Below are positions 35,255 through 46,240 of a DNA stretch of 64,000 bases, piece after piece. The translations under genes and the position numbers were made by a program. The notes under the pieces are model-generated. The model saw nothing but the letters and a program-made list of their open reading frames with translations. It searched no databases and had not been told where the DNA came from. Position 1 is the stretch's first letter. Every line of letters starts with the position of its first letter. This stretch comes from a virus, in IMG/VR virus record IMGVR_UViG_3300032322_001517, positions 32,001-96,000 of that record. One strand, 5' to 3'.

Positions 35255-37597
35255 TTAGAAACGACCAACTACTTCGGAGAATTGAACGCCAGTTCCAACA
35301 GCCACAAAGTTCAACTGAATAAAGTTAATTGAACGAGCTGGCTTGATATAAATGTCACCAACAAACTGGTTAGTATCAATGATCTGTGGAGTATTGTTAG
35401 TATCGTCACAAACAACCAAGAAGTCTGTAATACCACGGCGACCTTGAATATTACGAAGATATGGTGTTACAAGGTTCTTAAACTGCGCTCTAGTGAATGC
35501 ATCGTTAAACTCGAATAGAGAAAACTTAGCAGCTCTAGAAATAGCTTTTTCAAGAACAATAAACAAGCGACGAACATTGATGCGGTCGAAAGCTGATGGT
35601 TTAGCCTGAAGAGTTCTATCACCATAAAGAATAGTGCCCTGACCTGGGAATGATACAACAGGGTTGATTCCGTTTGGATACAAAACATCTCTTTCAGCTT
35701 GACGTGGGTTATAAGCAAGCTTGATGATGTTCTTGATATTACCACGGTTAAAACCAGCTGGTGACCACCAAGCATCATTAGTATTATCTGTTCTTACGCA
35801 AAGACCAGCAATGTCACCGTTTAGAGGGATCCAACGATTGACATCGTTATAACGGTCGTACTGATACTTGTAACCAGAATCAAGAACAGCATAAGAACTG
35901 CTTCTAACTGCGCCTCTCCAAGCTACAAGGTTAGTTGCTTGGTTGCCGAATGCGTTTAGAACTTCATTCTTATCTGGTGAAATAAGAGCAATACAATCCT
36001 TACGAATTTCGCAGATGTTATCAATGATATAGTTTGCAAGCTGGAAGTTTTCAACAGTTACACCATTGATTGCTGTAGAACCACCTAGTGGGCGACCCTG
36101 CATAACAAGCGAAATATCCACATCTTCTGCAGAAGCGAACAAATCGTAAGCAGCTGCGATAGAAGAAAAAATTCCAGTATTTGATTCTGCATGACCATCA
36201 GAACCAACAACGAAATTATAACTTCCTGGAGCTGTAGTAGTTGAAGATGTAACATTCAATGCTGTATTTGAAACGGCATTACCTCTGTCATTAGCCCACC
36301 AAACATATGCCGAACCCTGGTTAATAACATTCTTATAGTAGTTATCAGAACCATCATCGTTCTTAGCATCAGTTGCTCTTGACAAACCTCTATAAACTTC
36401 AAGAACCTGACCTGGAGTTCCTGTAAAACCACCGTCTTCATCAACAACAACTACGTGAAGTTCGTCTTGAGCTGAAGTATTACCATAATTTGCTACATAA
36501 TTAGACTGACCTGGAGCAACATCAACCAAGTTAAAGAATTCCCAATAACGCTGAACATTGTTGTTCAATGTGTTATTAGCAACAAAATTAGTAGACAATC
36601 TGTATGGGTCTTCAAATGTAACGTCGAAGTAAGCAGCAGAAGCATTAGAAGAAACACCGCCTACTGCAGTAACCTTCATGTATTGAACGCCAAGAGTTGC
36701 GTTACCAACTTTGATGTTATCGCCAACGCTTATTGAACTTTGAGCGATTGCAGCAACAGACTGTGCGTTAGTTACCGAACCACCAGAACCTGGAGTATAT
36801 ACGAAATTACCAGTTGTATTACTTACATTTACAGTAAATACGCCTGAAGTGTTACCCAATATGACATAAGTATTCATATAAAGATTAGAAGTAAAGCTTC
36901 CAGCGTTATCGCAAACAGAAATTCTCAATGAGTTACCAAGAGCGCCTGGGTATTTAGCAACATAAAGAAGATCCGAATCAAAGTTACCATCCTTAACTAA
37001 GTAATCTTCGTCGTTCTTAACAATCTGATTTACTACATTTGAAACAACAGCATTAGTTTCAAAGGCAAGAGATGAATAGGAAACACCTAAATCGCCGAAA
37101 ATGAGACCAACGTTAGTATTAACAGTAGCATTTGAACTTAGAACAACCGCTGTGGAATTAACAGAAGTAACTGTTACACTATTGCCGTAAGGAATTACGC
37201 CAGTATTAGTTGAAAATAGAACATACATTCCTGGAATAATTTGACTTGAATAATCAGCGCCAGTCAAAAAAGCATTGTTTGGAGCAGCTGGAGTAGCTAC
37301 TGTGTTAGCTATAGCTACATATGGCGTTACACCACCAGTGTTAGCAGCACGAGAAACATACAAGCGATTGCCATAAGAAAGGAAGTTAGCAGCTGTAAAA
37401 AATGTTTCAGCATTGTGGCTAGTTGGCTTACCGAATCTATTTACAAGATTATTTTCAGAATCTACCAAAGATCTTTGGCCAATTGGACCCCAACGGAAAA
37501 CACCAGCAATTGCTCCATCAGAAGTAGCAACTGCAGGCACAACTGTTGTAAGATCAATTTCGCTTACATTAACGCCTGGACTTAGTTGAAATGCCAT
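35255..37597 (-). CDS. 18: tail sheath protein gp18
   Basis: SPGVNVSEIDLT, WWSPAGFNRG, FDRINVRRLF, KPARSINFI. Confidence 0.98.
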   Translation of the reverse strand: MAFQLSPGVNVSEIDLTTVVPAVATSDGAIAGVFRWGPIGQRSLVDSENNLVNRFGKPTSHNAETFFTAANFLSYGNRLYVSRAANTGGVTPYVAIANTVATPAAPNNAFLTGADYSSQIIPGMYVLFSTNTGVIPYGNSVTVTSVNSTAVVLSSNATVNTNVGLIFGDLGVSYSSLAFETNAVVSNVVNQIVKNDEDYLVKDGNFDSDLLYVAKYPGALGNSLRISVCDNAGSFTSNLYMNTYVILGNTSGVFTVNVSNTTGNFVYTPGSGGSVTNAQSVAAIAQSSISVGDNIKVGNATLGVQYMKVTAVGGVSSNASAAYFDVTFEDPYRLSTNFVANNTLNNNVQRYWEFFNLVDVAPGQSNYVANYGNTSAQDELHVVVVDEDGGFTGTPGQVLEVYRGLSRATDAKNDDGSDNYYKNVINQGSAYVWWANDRGNAVSNTALNVTSSTTTAPGSYNFVVGSDGHAESNTGIFSSIAAAYDLFASAEDVDISLVMQGRPLGGSTAINGVTVENFQLANYIIDNICEIRKDCIALISPDKNEVLNAFGNQATNLVAWRGAVRSSSYAVLDSGYKYQYDRYNDVNRWIPLNGDIAGLCVRTDNTNDAWWSPAGFNRGNIKNIIKLAYNPRQAERDVLYPNGINPVVSFPGQGTILYGDRTLQAKPSAFDRINVRRLFIVLEKAISRAAKFSLFEFNDAFTRAQFKNLVTPYLRNIQGRRGITDFLVVCDDTNNTPQIIDTNQFVGDIYIKPARSINFIQLNFVAVGTGVQFSEVVGRF

Positions 37598-37660
37598 TTT
37601 TATCTCTCCTTTGATGCGAGAATATGATTTATTTTATTGTTATTTATTAAAAGCGATTTT

Positions 37661-39328
37661 TTAAAAATTGCTGTGTTTATTCCACATCCACGAGTCCGGC
37701 ACAAACTGTTCAATTGCTTCATCGTATTCATCACGACCGTCGAATACAAAACCAAAAGGAGCTAGATCTTGCTCCATATCTTCCTCTGTTTTTTCTCTTA
37801 AGGACATAAGAGTACTTATGTCAGTGTAATCTTTGAAATACTGCTGTTCAGTCAGCCAAGCAAAGAGCACTAGACACATTACAAGGTCGTCGTGTTTTCC
37901 TGGCTCTGCTTCGTAAGAATTGTTCTTTCTAGAAAATGTAGAAAGTTCATTTATAGTATGAAAGTCGTTAATTATAAGTTGATTACCTTCAATCAACAAC
38001 TTCAAAATAGAACAACCAACTGCCTTAACTACTTTGGTAGTTCTAATTCCTTTATCTTTTTTACCTTTAGCTATAGAATTTCCTGTACCACCAAACCCTA
38101 AAGTAATACGTTTACCGCTTCTTCCAGCATTTTCAGTAAACAAAACATTGTCATATGAAAAGTCATAATGTAAAGTATGCGCTGTTTGTTCACCAATATC
38201 ATTTACTTCAACAAGCACCGAAGCATTATTATACGCCTTGGCTATTCTGTGAATAACATCAGCATAATCTGCAGGTGTTACAGCGTTGTTTCTATAAACA
38301 GCTACCTGACTGTATGGCATTTTAGAAACATCTATAACCTGGAAAGCTGAATAGTCTAGTCCTTTACCGCGACTAACGTCGCAAATAATCATATAGATAT
38401 GCTGCTCTTCTGGAGAGTTATATTGAATTAGTCCTTCACGTTCTACTACTGGGTTTTGGTGCACTAATTCTTTCAACTTCCAACCAGCAATAAGCGTACC
38501 AGAGCTACCAAGGAATTCGCAATTGTACTCCTGATCAAACTTCTCTAAATCGAAGTTCATAGCAGCAAGAGTATTTTCTCTCCACTTTTCGTCACGCCCT
38601 GGAACGTTTTCCCAACGAACGAACATGTAATTATATCCGTTTCTATTTTCTTTGGCGTTTACCCAAATACTGTAGAAGTGGTTCAAACCGTTAGGCGTAG
38701 AAACTAGAATAATTTTAGATTCTTGACCAGATGAAATAGTAGGATAAACTGAGGTGAAGAACTCGTCCCAGTTTTCAATGAACGCAGCTTCGTCGATAAA
38801 CAAAAGGTTGATAGAATAACCACGGATAGCATCAGAGCTAGTAGCAGCAGCAAGAACACGCGAATTATTTTCAAGTTCAAAAGAACCTTTGTTCCATTCT
38901 TTAACACCCTGCTGTAACCATCTTGGTAAATGCTGATACGCAAGCTGAATACGACCTAAAATTTCACGAGCCGTATCGCCTTTGTTAGCCAAGAGAGCAA
39001 CAGTTTTATCAGCATGAAATATGATGTACCAAAGAATAAAGGCGCAGGTTGTAGTAGACTTACCAGCCTGACGGGCAGTAGTTACGATATTGAATCTGCC
39101 TTTGGAAAAGTTATACAACATTTGCTTTTGATAAGGGTACAGTTTAAAATTGACAAGACCTTTATCAATGCTAATGATTTTCATATATGTTTCAGTAAAA
39201 TATACAACGTCTTGAGAACAACGTATATACTCTTGAACAAGTTCTGGTGTCCAATCAATAGGCTGATTGGATCTTTTTAGATTAGCATTACCTTTATAAC
39301 CACGTAAGTCTAGGTTATCCATTACCAT
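37661..39328 (-). CDS. 17: terminase large subunit gp17
   Basis: RQAGKST, IDEAAF, STPNG, DVSRG, HDDLVM. Confidence 0.98.
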   Translation of the reverse strand: MVMDNLDLRGYKGNANLKRSNQPIDWTPELVQEYIRCSQDVVYFTETYMKIISIDKGLVNFKLYPYQKQMLYNFSKGRFNIVTTARQAGKSTTTCAFILWYIIFHADKTVALLANKGDTAREILGRIQLAYQHLPRWLQQGVKEWNKGSFELENNSRVLAAATSSDAIRGYSINLLFIDEAAFIENWDEFFTSVYPTISSGQESKIILVSTPNGLNHFYSIWVNAKENRNGYNYMFVRWENVPGRDEKWRENTLAAMNFDLEKFDQEYNCEFLGSSGTLIAGWKLKELVHQNPVVEREGLIQYNSPEEQHIYMIICDVSRGKGLDYSAFQVIDVSKMPYSQVAVYRNNAVTPADYADVIHRIAKAYNNASVLVEVNDIGEQTAHTLHYDFSYDNVLFTENAGRSGKRITLGFGGTGNSIAKGKKDKGIRTTKVVKAVGCSILKLLIEGNQLIINDFHTINELSTFSRKNNSYEAEPGKHDDLVMCLVLFAWLTEQQYFKDYTDISTLMSLREKTEEDMEQDLAPFGFVFDGRDEYDEAIEQFVPDSWMWNKHSNF

Positions 39329-39734
39329 TCTTCATCTGTTCTATCATTTTTTGTAGTTCTGCAGTAGATCCCACAAATAAGTTGTTATTAATAGTCTTAG
39401 CCTTTTCATTTATTGGGCTATCTGCAGCATCTAATTCGCGAATATCTTTTTGAAGACCCATAAGATCTTTATTAGCCTGAAGCATAGTTTCCATCATCTT
39501 AGCAAGAACTTCGAAAGCTCTTGGGTGCTGAGATTGGGTCGCTATTTGCGTTAGTTTGTGCATAGCATCTTGACCTTCTTCTATCATGGTCAAGATATTT
39601 GCTCTTGCTGTTTCGAAATCAGCTTTGGCGCTATCGTTATGAGCATCAGCTACGATATTACTAATAGTAGAAGTTGTTAAAGGGTTTATGCCTAAAGCTC
39701 TACCAATTGGATCATTATTAGATTGTTCATTCAT
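39315..39734 (-). CDS. 16: terminase small subunit gp16
   Basis: HPRAFEV, NNLFVGSTAELQK. Confidence 0.93.
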   Translation of the reverse strand: MNEQSNNDPIGRALGINPLTTSTISNIVADAHNDSAKADFETARANILTMIEEGQDAMHKLTQIATQSQHPRAFEVLAKMMETMLQANKDLMGLQKDIRELDAADSPINEKAKTINNNLFVGSTAELQKMIEQMKNGNG

Positions 39735-40594
39735 TCTATTTCAGTTTCGTCATAAATCATAGTTATAAATCCATAGTCATCGTCAACGTCTATTTCATTG
39801 TAACTAACTGTTGCAAGATTACTGTTCGCCTGACCATAATAATTTAAAGGCGAACCGTTAGAATACATTCCAGGTTGTACCGTTACCTTTTCAGCTATAG
39901 CTGTATTGCCTACTGCTGTAACAAGTTTACCATCTTCTACATTTGGTATGTAGAAATTAGCATTAACAAACTTAATAATACCACCGCTTTTAACTGGTCC
40001 GTAAATATACCCTTTAAGAGTTAAATCAAGTTCCCATATGATAGCTCTACGTTGTTTGTAAGAACCATCATAAGTATCATTATAACTAATATTATTTAAT
40101 ATAATTGGAATATCCATAGTAACTTCCATTTCAGGAATCAAGTTTACCGTAGTAGTCCAATCAGGTGTAAAGTATGGAAGTATCTGTTCAATTATTTTTG
40201 TAGCATCATCAGTTTGTTTAGCATAGATATAAACTTTAAAATCTATATTATACGGAACTGGGTTGTACTGATATTTAAATTTGTCAGCATCAGTAGCATT
40301 TTTTACAGCCATTCTACCAGTTGTTGGTAGCTTTCTTTCTCCATCATATGACATCTTGCCCATTTCGAAAGAAATAAGAGGCAATGGAGCTGTAGCTGTA
40401 GGTCTGTCAATACCAGGATCCTGTATAACACGAGCTAACATTTTATCTTTTGGAGCGTATGTAATAGGAACTTTTAACAGGGAAGTAACATCGCCTGAGG
40501 AGTTTGTTCTAGTTATTCTAATATTGTTAAACAAAGTTCCAACAAGAATAACATATTTTCTAATAAGACTAAAATAAAATGGACCACCAAACAT
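39731..40594 (-). CDS. 15: tail terminator / sheath stabilizer gp15
   Basis: GTLFNNI, KVPITYAPK, PVPYN, EQILPYF. Confidence 0.93.
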   Translation of the reverse strand: MFGGPFYFSLIRKYVILVGTLFNNIRITRTNSSGDVTSLLKVPITYAPKDKMLARVIQDPGIDRPTATAPLPLISFEMGKMSYDGERKLPTTGRMAVKNATDADKFKYQYNPVPYNIDFKVYIYAKQTDDATKIIEQILPYFTPDWTTTVNLIPEMEVTMDIPIILNNISYNDTYDGSYKQRRAIIWELDLTLKGYIYGPVKSGGIIKFVNANFYIPNVEDGKLVTAVGNTAIAEKVTVQPGMYSNGSPLNYYGQANSNLATVSYNEIDVDDDYGFITMIYDETEIE

Positions 40595-41317
40595 TATATT
40601 GATCTTTCTGAGAATGGATCGTAAGCTGTAAAGTCAACAAACAGATCAGACTCCCTCTGAATCTCATCATTATCTGCAGCAAATATTAAGTTATCTACGC
40701 TAGAACCTTCAAGAACAATCAGATCACCATCTTCTGTAAGAATAGGACCGCCGTCTTCATCTTTTACAGTCCAATGATATTGGTTTGTATCAAATAGTTT
40801 TTGAAGTTTATCAATTTCAGGTATACCAGTATTAATAGTTTCACCAGCATACTCAAACAACTCGCAAGTCATTTCCCATGTTTGTAATGTGCCAAGCTGA
40901 TAAAACATTTCATGCTTATTAACATACTTAATCTGGAAACACTTTTGGTTTAATGGAAAATAAATTAGATCGCCTTCATTTGGTCGAACTTGTGTAGTAT
41001 ACGATCCAACTTCATCATTAAAAATTCTGCGAGCTACAGAAAATATTACTTGGTCTCTAATTTCTATACCAAACTTAGACATAAAATTGCCATCGCCACT
41101 AAATCCGTCAACAGACTTAATGTACATTTCTATCATATATGCATTTTCATAACTTGATTGATCGTCAGCGCCATATACTTCATCGTAATTGTTTAGCTTA
41201 CGAGGTATATAATACATATCTTCGCCGTAAATCTTAATAGATTCTATAATAAGATTTTCAAGAAGTGTTTGCTCTTGAGACGATTGAAAGTTATTGAAGA
41301 AAAAAGTTTGTAGACAT
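40594..41317 (-). CDS. 14: neck protein gp14 (apparent +1 frameshift near 41300; longest open frame 40594..41217)
   Basis: YYIPR, SKFGIEIRD, RPNEGDLIYFP; conserved N-terminus MSTNFF/FNNF..EQ.L.ENL.IESIKIYG split across two frames. Confidence 0.85.
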
Positions 41318-41344
41318 CAGTCTAAGCCTCCCATTAGTAAGGCG

Positions 41345-42025
41345 TTAAACGCATAAAAATTTTTGTTTGCATTTATCGTTGTGGTATCTAGCAACATTAC
41401 CTTTGTTTCCTACGAATTCGCAATATGCGCATTTAATTTTCATACTATTTAGGGTTTTAAAGGCTGTGGTTTCTTTTATTTTGTTTTTGTGTTCTTTAGT
41501 CAATTTACGACCACGGTTTGCTGCTGCTGCCATTGCAAGAGCTTTAGAATTGTCCTTACCTACATTTTTACCGATCATAGATTGACGACGTTTTTCACGA
41601 ACTTCTAGTTCAGAAGATCTATTATCTCTAGTAGATAAACCAGCAAAATATTTTTCACGAACTTCAGGACGATACATTGCTTCTTTTGTTTTTTGAGAAA
41701 TTTTTTCTGATATTGACAATTTTGTATTTTCGTCTGTGGTCCAGTGACCCCATTTATGTTTTCTCAAATTGTAATATTTTTTACCAAGATCTTTTTCTTC
41801 AATTAGAGACATCCATCGATGCTCTTCTTCGAACATTAGTTCTCTGTTAGAAATGTTACTTGATAATATTTTACGTTTGAAATCAGCTGGTCTTCGTTTG
41901 TACGCCTTACGCATTCTATTTGAAGAACAGATATAACCATCAGTTTCAACACCCCAATGACAACCTATATAATACATTTTACGTTTCTTATCGAACCAAA
42001 GATAAACGAAACCATATTTATTCAT
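41345..42025 (-). CDS. GIY-YIG homing endonuclease (Seg-like)
   Basis: GFVYLW...YYIGCH...DGYICSS; basic NUMOD-like C-terminus; inserted between 13 and 14. Confidence 0.9.
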   Translation of the reverse strand: MNKYGFVYLWFDKKRKMYYIGCHWGVETDGYICSSNRMRKAYKRRPADFKRKILSSNISNRELMFEEEHRWMSLIEEKDLGKKYYNLRKHKWGHWTTDENTKLSISEKISQKTKEAMYRPEVREKYFAGLSTRDNRSSELEVREKRRQSMIGKNVGKDNSKALAMAAAANRGRKLTKEHKNKIKETTAFKTLNSMKIKCAYCEFVGNKGNVARYHNDKCKQKFLCV

Positions 42026-42078
42026 AAAACCTCCTTATAAAGTAAAGATAAATTATACTATATAAAGAGTATTTAGTA

Positions 42079-42102
42079 AAGCGGTCGTCCAAGCGGTCGT
42101 CC
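42079..42102. repeat. tandem 12-bp duplication
   Basis: AAGCGGTCGTCC x2. Confidence 0.7.
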
Positions 42103-42842
42103 TAGCCTATCATATCCGTTGCTGGTAGTGAGTAAGAGAATATCATTTCTCTTTCTAAAGCTTCGCGTTCATTGGTAGCTTCATCATATATTTTTTGACC
42201 ATTAAATGTCAAACCACCTGGCATCTTCATACCGTCAAACTTTTTAAGGTTAGTGCCCCACTGCTGTTTAATCAAACAAGCAGCGTAACGAAGCAACCAA
42301 CGATCAGACCAAGCGTCAGTATATACATCTGGGTCTACTACTTGATAAGCTTCTACAATAATGTATTCGCCTACGTTCATACGATCCCAGTCCATATCGA
42401 TATAAAGTTTGTTGATATGGCGATTGTATCTTAGTGGCTGTTTACCAACAAGCATAAACTCAAGAAACTGAATATGTTGCATAGCCATATAGTATGGCAC
42501 CATAGATACAGATGTTAAGGTGTAAAGGTCATTAAGAGCGATCTGATAACGAATATTGAATAGATTGTTAGTACCAAGAGCGGACCCAAGATCAAATATA
42601 TTAATAACGCCAATGATATTTTCTGGCATTGTAATATATTTGTTGTCTTTGTCTTGTTGAGTAACTTGATACTTGTAATGAACTTTTTCAGCGCCGTCGA
42701 AATGATAGTCCCAGAAGTAGCGAAGAGCTTCATCGATCCTATCCTCAACCTGATCATCATCAACGTTAATTTCAATAACAGGTTTACCTAAACGACGTAG
42801 GCAATTTTCTTTAAAATCTGATCTGGTTGTTGGTGACGCCAT
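42102..42842 (-). CDS. 13: neck protein gp13
   Basis: LRRLGKPVIEINV, KQQWGTNLKKF.GM.MPGG. Confidence 0.95.
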   Translation of the reverse strand: MASPTTRSDFKENCLRRLGKPVIEINVDDDQVEDRIDEALRYFWDYHFDGAEKVHYKYQVTQQDKDNKYITMPENIIGVINIFDLGSALGTNNLFNIRYQIALNDLYTLTSVSMVPYYMAMQHIQFLEFMLVGKQPLRYNRHINKLYIDMDWDRMNVGEYIIVEAYQVVDPDVYTDAWSDRWLLRYAACLIKQQWGTNLKKFDGMKMPGGLTFNGQKIYDEATNEREALEREMIFSYSLPATDMIG

Positions 42843-42861
42843 TTAAATACCTCTTTTTAAT

Positions 42862-42869
42862 TATTTATA
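42862..42869 (-). promoter_or_regulatory. late promoter for gp13
   Basis: TATAAATA then GAGGT RBS. Confidence 0.75.
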
Positions 42870-42870
42870 A

Positions 42871-44034
42871 TTATTTTAACCAGCAGTTGTTATTAAGTAG
42901 AGTGTACTTTGAACTAAACCATTCATTAGTATCTGTTGGATTTAATAATTTTGAAAATTTTTCAGGCGATTGTTCAATTTCTGATTTAAAAAAGTATGTA
43001 TAATTTTCATCAATTAGAACGGGCACTTTATCTTCTTGGATCAAATCTCTAAAATTTCTTAATTCGAAAAAATCTAATAATTTAACGTTTGATCTTTCTG
43101 AAGTTTTTTGGTTGAAATATTTTTCGTTTTTATCAAATTCAAAAATTTCCTCTTTCATTATATACTTGAAAGATGGCGCATCATTTTTAATCTTCTTATC
43201 ATGGTTAAGCATCGACCAGATTTCAAAATCAGTTGTTCTGAAAAATGGTTTAATATTATTTTCAAAAATATTTTTATCGTAAAAAGAGTTCCATCTTAGT
43301 GGTTTAAATCTATTGTTATTCCATCTTATAGAAAAACATAGCCACCACATGAAATCAAAAACAGTTTTAATTTTAACCGGAGACTTATCTAACCAAGGTT
43401 TAATATTTGACATAAACCATTTGGCTTTTTCTTTGGAGTCAAACTTACTGAGAACCCACGGTATCCAAGACTCGTTCTTTGAGTCAGAAAACGAAACAAA
43501 AGAGAAACCAAATATTTGTGGTATCTGATCGCCTGTAACAAATAATTGATTTTCTGTTGGTATAATTTTTGGATAATATTCCGTAGGTTCTATAACTTTT
43601 AATTTATCTTTTATGTAATTTATATAAAATTTATCATTTTCCATAATTGAAAAATTGTACATTAAAACAGATATTTGGGAAGTGTCACTGCAATTTTTTA
43701 GTAGAGATACTAATGCATAAGTAGCATCTATGCCTCCAGACCAAGAAACAATTATTTCTTTTCCAGTAGATAGTAACTCAATCGATCTTTCAGATGCTAT
43801 ATCAGAAAACGATTTATTAAAATTAGAAGGTAGTTCAGGTATAGGATCGACAATTGCCTTATATCTTCCTGCAAATGTGTTAGTTCTATCTGTAATTTGA
43901 CCCTTTGGCTTTGAAGACAAAGCCATCAACATCTCTGTAATATTAATTTTATTTTCAGCGTCTGGATCAATTAAATTAGCTAAATCTCGTCTATCTTCTG
44001 CATGATAAAGGACATTATTACCAACTTCTTTCAT
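42871..44034 (-). CDS. PP-loop (asparagine-synthase-related) ATP pyrophosphatase
   Basis: VSWSGGIDAT, FVTGD..QIFG, WW..FSIRW, FF.T.DFE.W. Confidence 0.75.
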   Translation of the reverse strand: MKEVGNNVLYHAEDRRDLANLIDPDAENKINITEMLMALSSKPKGQITDRTNTFAGRYKAIVDPIPELPSNFNKSFSDIASERSIELLSTGKEIIVSWSGGIDATYALVSLLKNCSDTSQISVLMYNFSIMENDKFYINYIKDKLKVIEPTEYYPKIIPTENQLFVTGDQIPQIFGFSFVSFSDSKNESWIPWVLSKFDSKEKAKWFMSNIKPWLDKSPVKIKTVFDFMWWLCFSIRWNNNRFKPLRWNSFYDKNIFENNIKPFFRTTDFEIWSMLNHDKKIKNDAPSFKYIMKEEIFEFDKNEKYFNQKTSERSNVKLLDFFELRNFRDLIQEDKVPVLIDENYTYFFKSEIEQSPEKFSKLLNPTDTNEWFSSKYTLLNNNCWLK

Positions 44035-44059
44035 AGAAACTACCTTTTTTAGTGTAAAT

Positions 44060-44980
44060 TTATTGATTATTTATATACCATTGATAGTCTTCTTTAATTT
44101 TGACAGATAGCTCTTCAGGTCCCAAACAGGCGTGTTTGCGGTTAAATGACACCAACATCTTTTTAAATACGTCTTCATTACATATTTTTAACATTGTTGG
44201 TCTTAGTTCTTCTGCAAAATCAATATATTGACGAGGTATAGTAAAGAAAGTTTGTGCCTCTGAAACAAATTCAGTCATGCCTATCTGTATACCAGTTGGC
44301 ACTTCTGGGTAATAGGGATTGGTTTCCCTTGTTCCCATTAACATCAATCTCGTACCTTCAGTTAACATATTCTCAGGCGTAGTGACCCCAAAATCAATCT
44401 CTTTTGCTAACAAAGATAATAGCATATCAGTTTTGGCTCTAAAAGAAACTGGTTTGATGTTAGTCAAATTATAATGCTTTAAAAACAACTCACTGAGCAC
44501 TTTAGTTCTAGGGGAATTATTAGAAACACCATAGAATATGATAGGTTTTTTTCGCAAAGTCTCAACCATTTCGTCTAATGATAAGACATTTAATGAAGAT
44601 ATCAATCCATGAGCAGATGACCCAAACCCCTGTACATGATAAAAATCTCTTTGTTTATCATATTCAAACTCATTGTCTACAGTTTCCATATGTTTGTTAA
44701 GAGTAAAAACATCTAGACTGGTGAACAAAAGATTTCTAGTTCCTGCTCTAGCAGCTGCTAATGATCTGCGGGCAGAGGTTTCGCCGAATGCTCCTGGCAA
44801 AACGCTAATACGAAACGAATATTTATTATTTTCATCATTCATTCTATTTACAATATAAACCAATTGTTTATGCGCCAAATCACTGACTGAATATCTAGAA
44901 TAAATTGTAATTGTTTCTTTAGCAGTTACTGTGTTAGAAACAAAAAATAAAGCCATAATAAACGTTAGTATTCTCATCAT
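44060..44980 (-). CDS. divergent TctC/Bug-like solute-binding protein
   Basis: signal peptide, VLPGAFGE, L..LLAKEIDF, YPEVPT..IG. Confidence 0.65.
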   Translation of the reverse strand: MMRILTFIMALFFVSNTVTAKETITIYSRYSVSDLAHKQLVYIVNRMNDENNKYSFRISVLPGAFGETSARRSLAAARAGTRNLLFTSLDVFTLNKHMETVDNEFEYDKQRDFYHVQGFGSSAHGLISSLNVLSLDEMVETLRKKPIIFYGVSNNSPRTKVLSELFLKHYNLTNIKPVSFRAKTDMLLSLLAKEIDFGVTTPENMLTEGTRLMLMGTRETNPYYPEVPTGIQIGMTEFVSEAQTFFTIPRQYIDFAEELRPTMLKICNEDVFKKMLVSFNRKHACLGPEELSVKIKEDYQWYINNQ

Positions 44981-44981
44981 T

Positions 44982-46217
44982 TCAAACTCCGAATTTAGGA
45001 TTAAATTTACCTATAAAATATTTGCGAGTGTTTATAGGCATTTTGAGATATTTGATTGGTATATTAGGATATTTTTTTATAACTCCTGTATTATATTCAA
45101 GTATCGCATCTTCAATATTTGTTTTTCCAAAAAAAATTTCAGATGCAATAATATCAGCGCTCTTTTTCCATTCTCTACGATATTGTATTTTTTTAGGCGT
45201 AGAATACTTGTATACGTATGGCGAAAACAATCGATCAATTGACAACTTATCATATATCAATCCTTTCACCATTAATTTATCTCTAACGCCTCCTGATTTC
45301 CATAGTCTAAACGCATCATATATTTCTTTATCATTTTCTAAAACTTTTTTAATTATATGAGCTTGTTTTATCGGTATCAGGGGTGATTTTGTCGACCAAT
45401 AAAATTGTTCAAAAAAACATCTTTTGTCAAAACTATGTGTGTTTACCAATCTAGCAGAAACATAAACAGTATCATTAAAATTAAAATAAAAATTTTCATT
45501 TTCGATTTGAACAATTGGTTTTTCTATGCCTGTTATCATGGCAGTTTTTTTATTTGCGTTGATATATTTTTGATTATGTTCATAATTTACAGCGGTGATA
45601 CATCTGCTTGTTCTAACAAGCGGAAATCTACTTGTTGCTATTTTTTTATATTTTGGGTTAAACGTTGAAAAATTACCAGATATAATGTCATCTAAGAAAA
45701 AATCTGTCGCATCGATATCTACTATTTTAGTATTAGGACTTCTTTTCTTAATTTCCTTTAGATGTTCTAAAGCGCAATCATCATATTCAGTAAAAATATC
45801 CAATCCCTCTTTCTTAAGATAATTTTTATCAAGGTTTTTTATTAAATTTGAAAAGTGAAATATCTGTACTTCATCTAAGAATATTCCATTATCTAAAAAC
45901 GTGTAAAGAATTTCAGTTGAATCAGTGCCACCAGAAAATGAAAGTATGAGATATTCATATTCTTCTCTCAAAGATTTAGCTCTTTGTCTATAAAGTTCTT
46001 CTAAAGAAAACGGTGGTTCTTCTGACCAGTTTAGATATTTAAAATAATTATCATGAAAATTAAAGGATATATTTTTATCAAAAGTATTTTTTTGTTCCAT
46101 ATAATCGAATATCAATTCTCTAGATATAAATAACTTGTTGTCATGTTCATAATATCCATTATAAAGCAACGGTTTTTCATCAAAAGCGTATATCTTATTT
46201 GATATAATTTTTAGCAT
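44982..46217 (-). CDS. PP-loop ATP pyrophosphatase-like protein
   Basis: W..EP..SL.ELY.QRA..LR..Y.YLILSFSGGTDS, GIEKP, FYW...P....KQAHII. Confidence 0.75.
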   Translation of the reverse strand: MLKIISNKIYAFDEKPLLYNGYYEHDNKLFISRELIFDYMEQKNTFDKNISFNFHDNYFKYLNWSEEPPFSLEELYRQRAKSLREEYEYLILSFSGGTDSTEILYTFLDNGIFLDEVQIFHFSNLIKNLDKNYLKKEGLDIFTEYDDCALEHLKEIKKRSPNTKIVDIDATDFFLDDIISGNFSTFNPKYKKIATSRFPLVRTSRCITAVNYEHNQKYINANKKTAMITGIEKPIVQIENENFYFNFNDTVYVSARLVNTHSFDKRCFFEQFYWSTKSPLIPIKQAHIIKKVLENDKEIYDAFRLWKSGGVRDKLMVKGLIYDKLSIDRLFSPYVYKYSTPKKIQYRREWKKSADIIASEIFFGKTNIEDAILEYNTGVIKKYPNIPIKYLKMPINTRKYFIGKFNPKFGV

Positions 46218-46240
46218 AACTTAATCATTCCGAGTTGAAA

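Noticed and set aside
37661-39328. Intein or intron in terminase or helicase
   Set aside because: Normal lengths and uninterrupted motifs.
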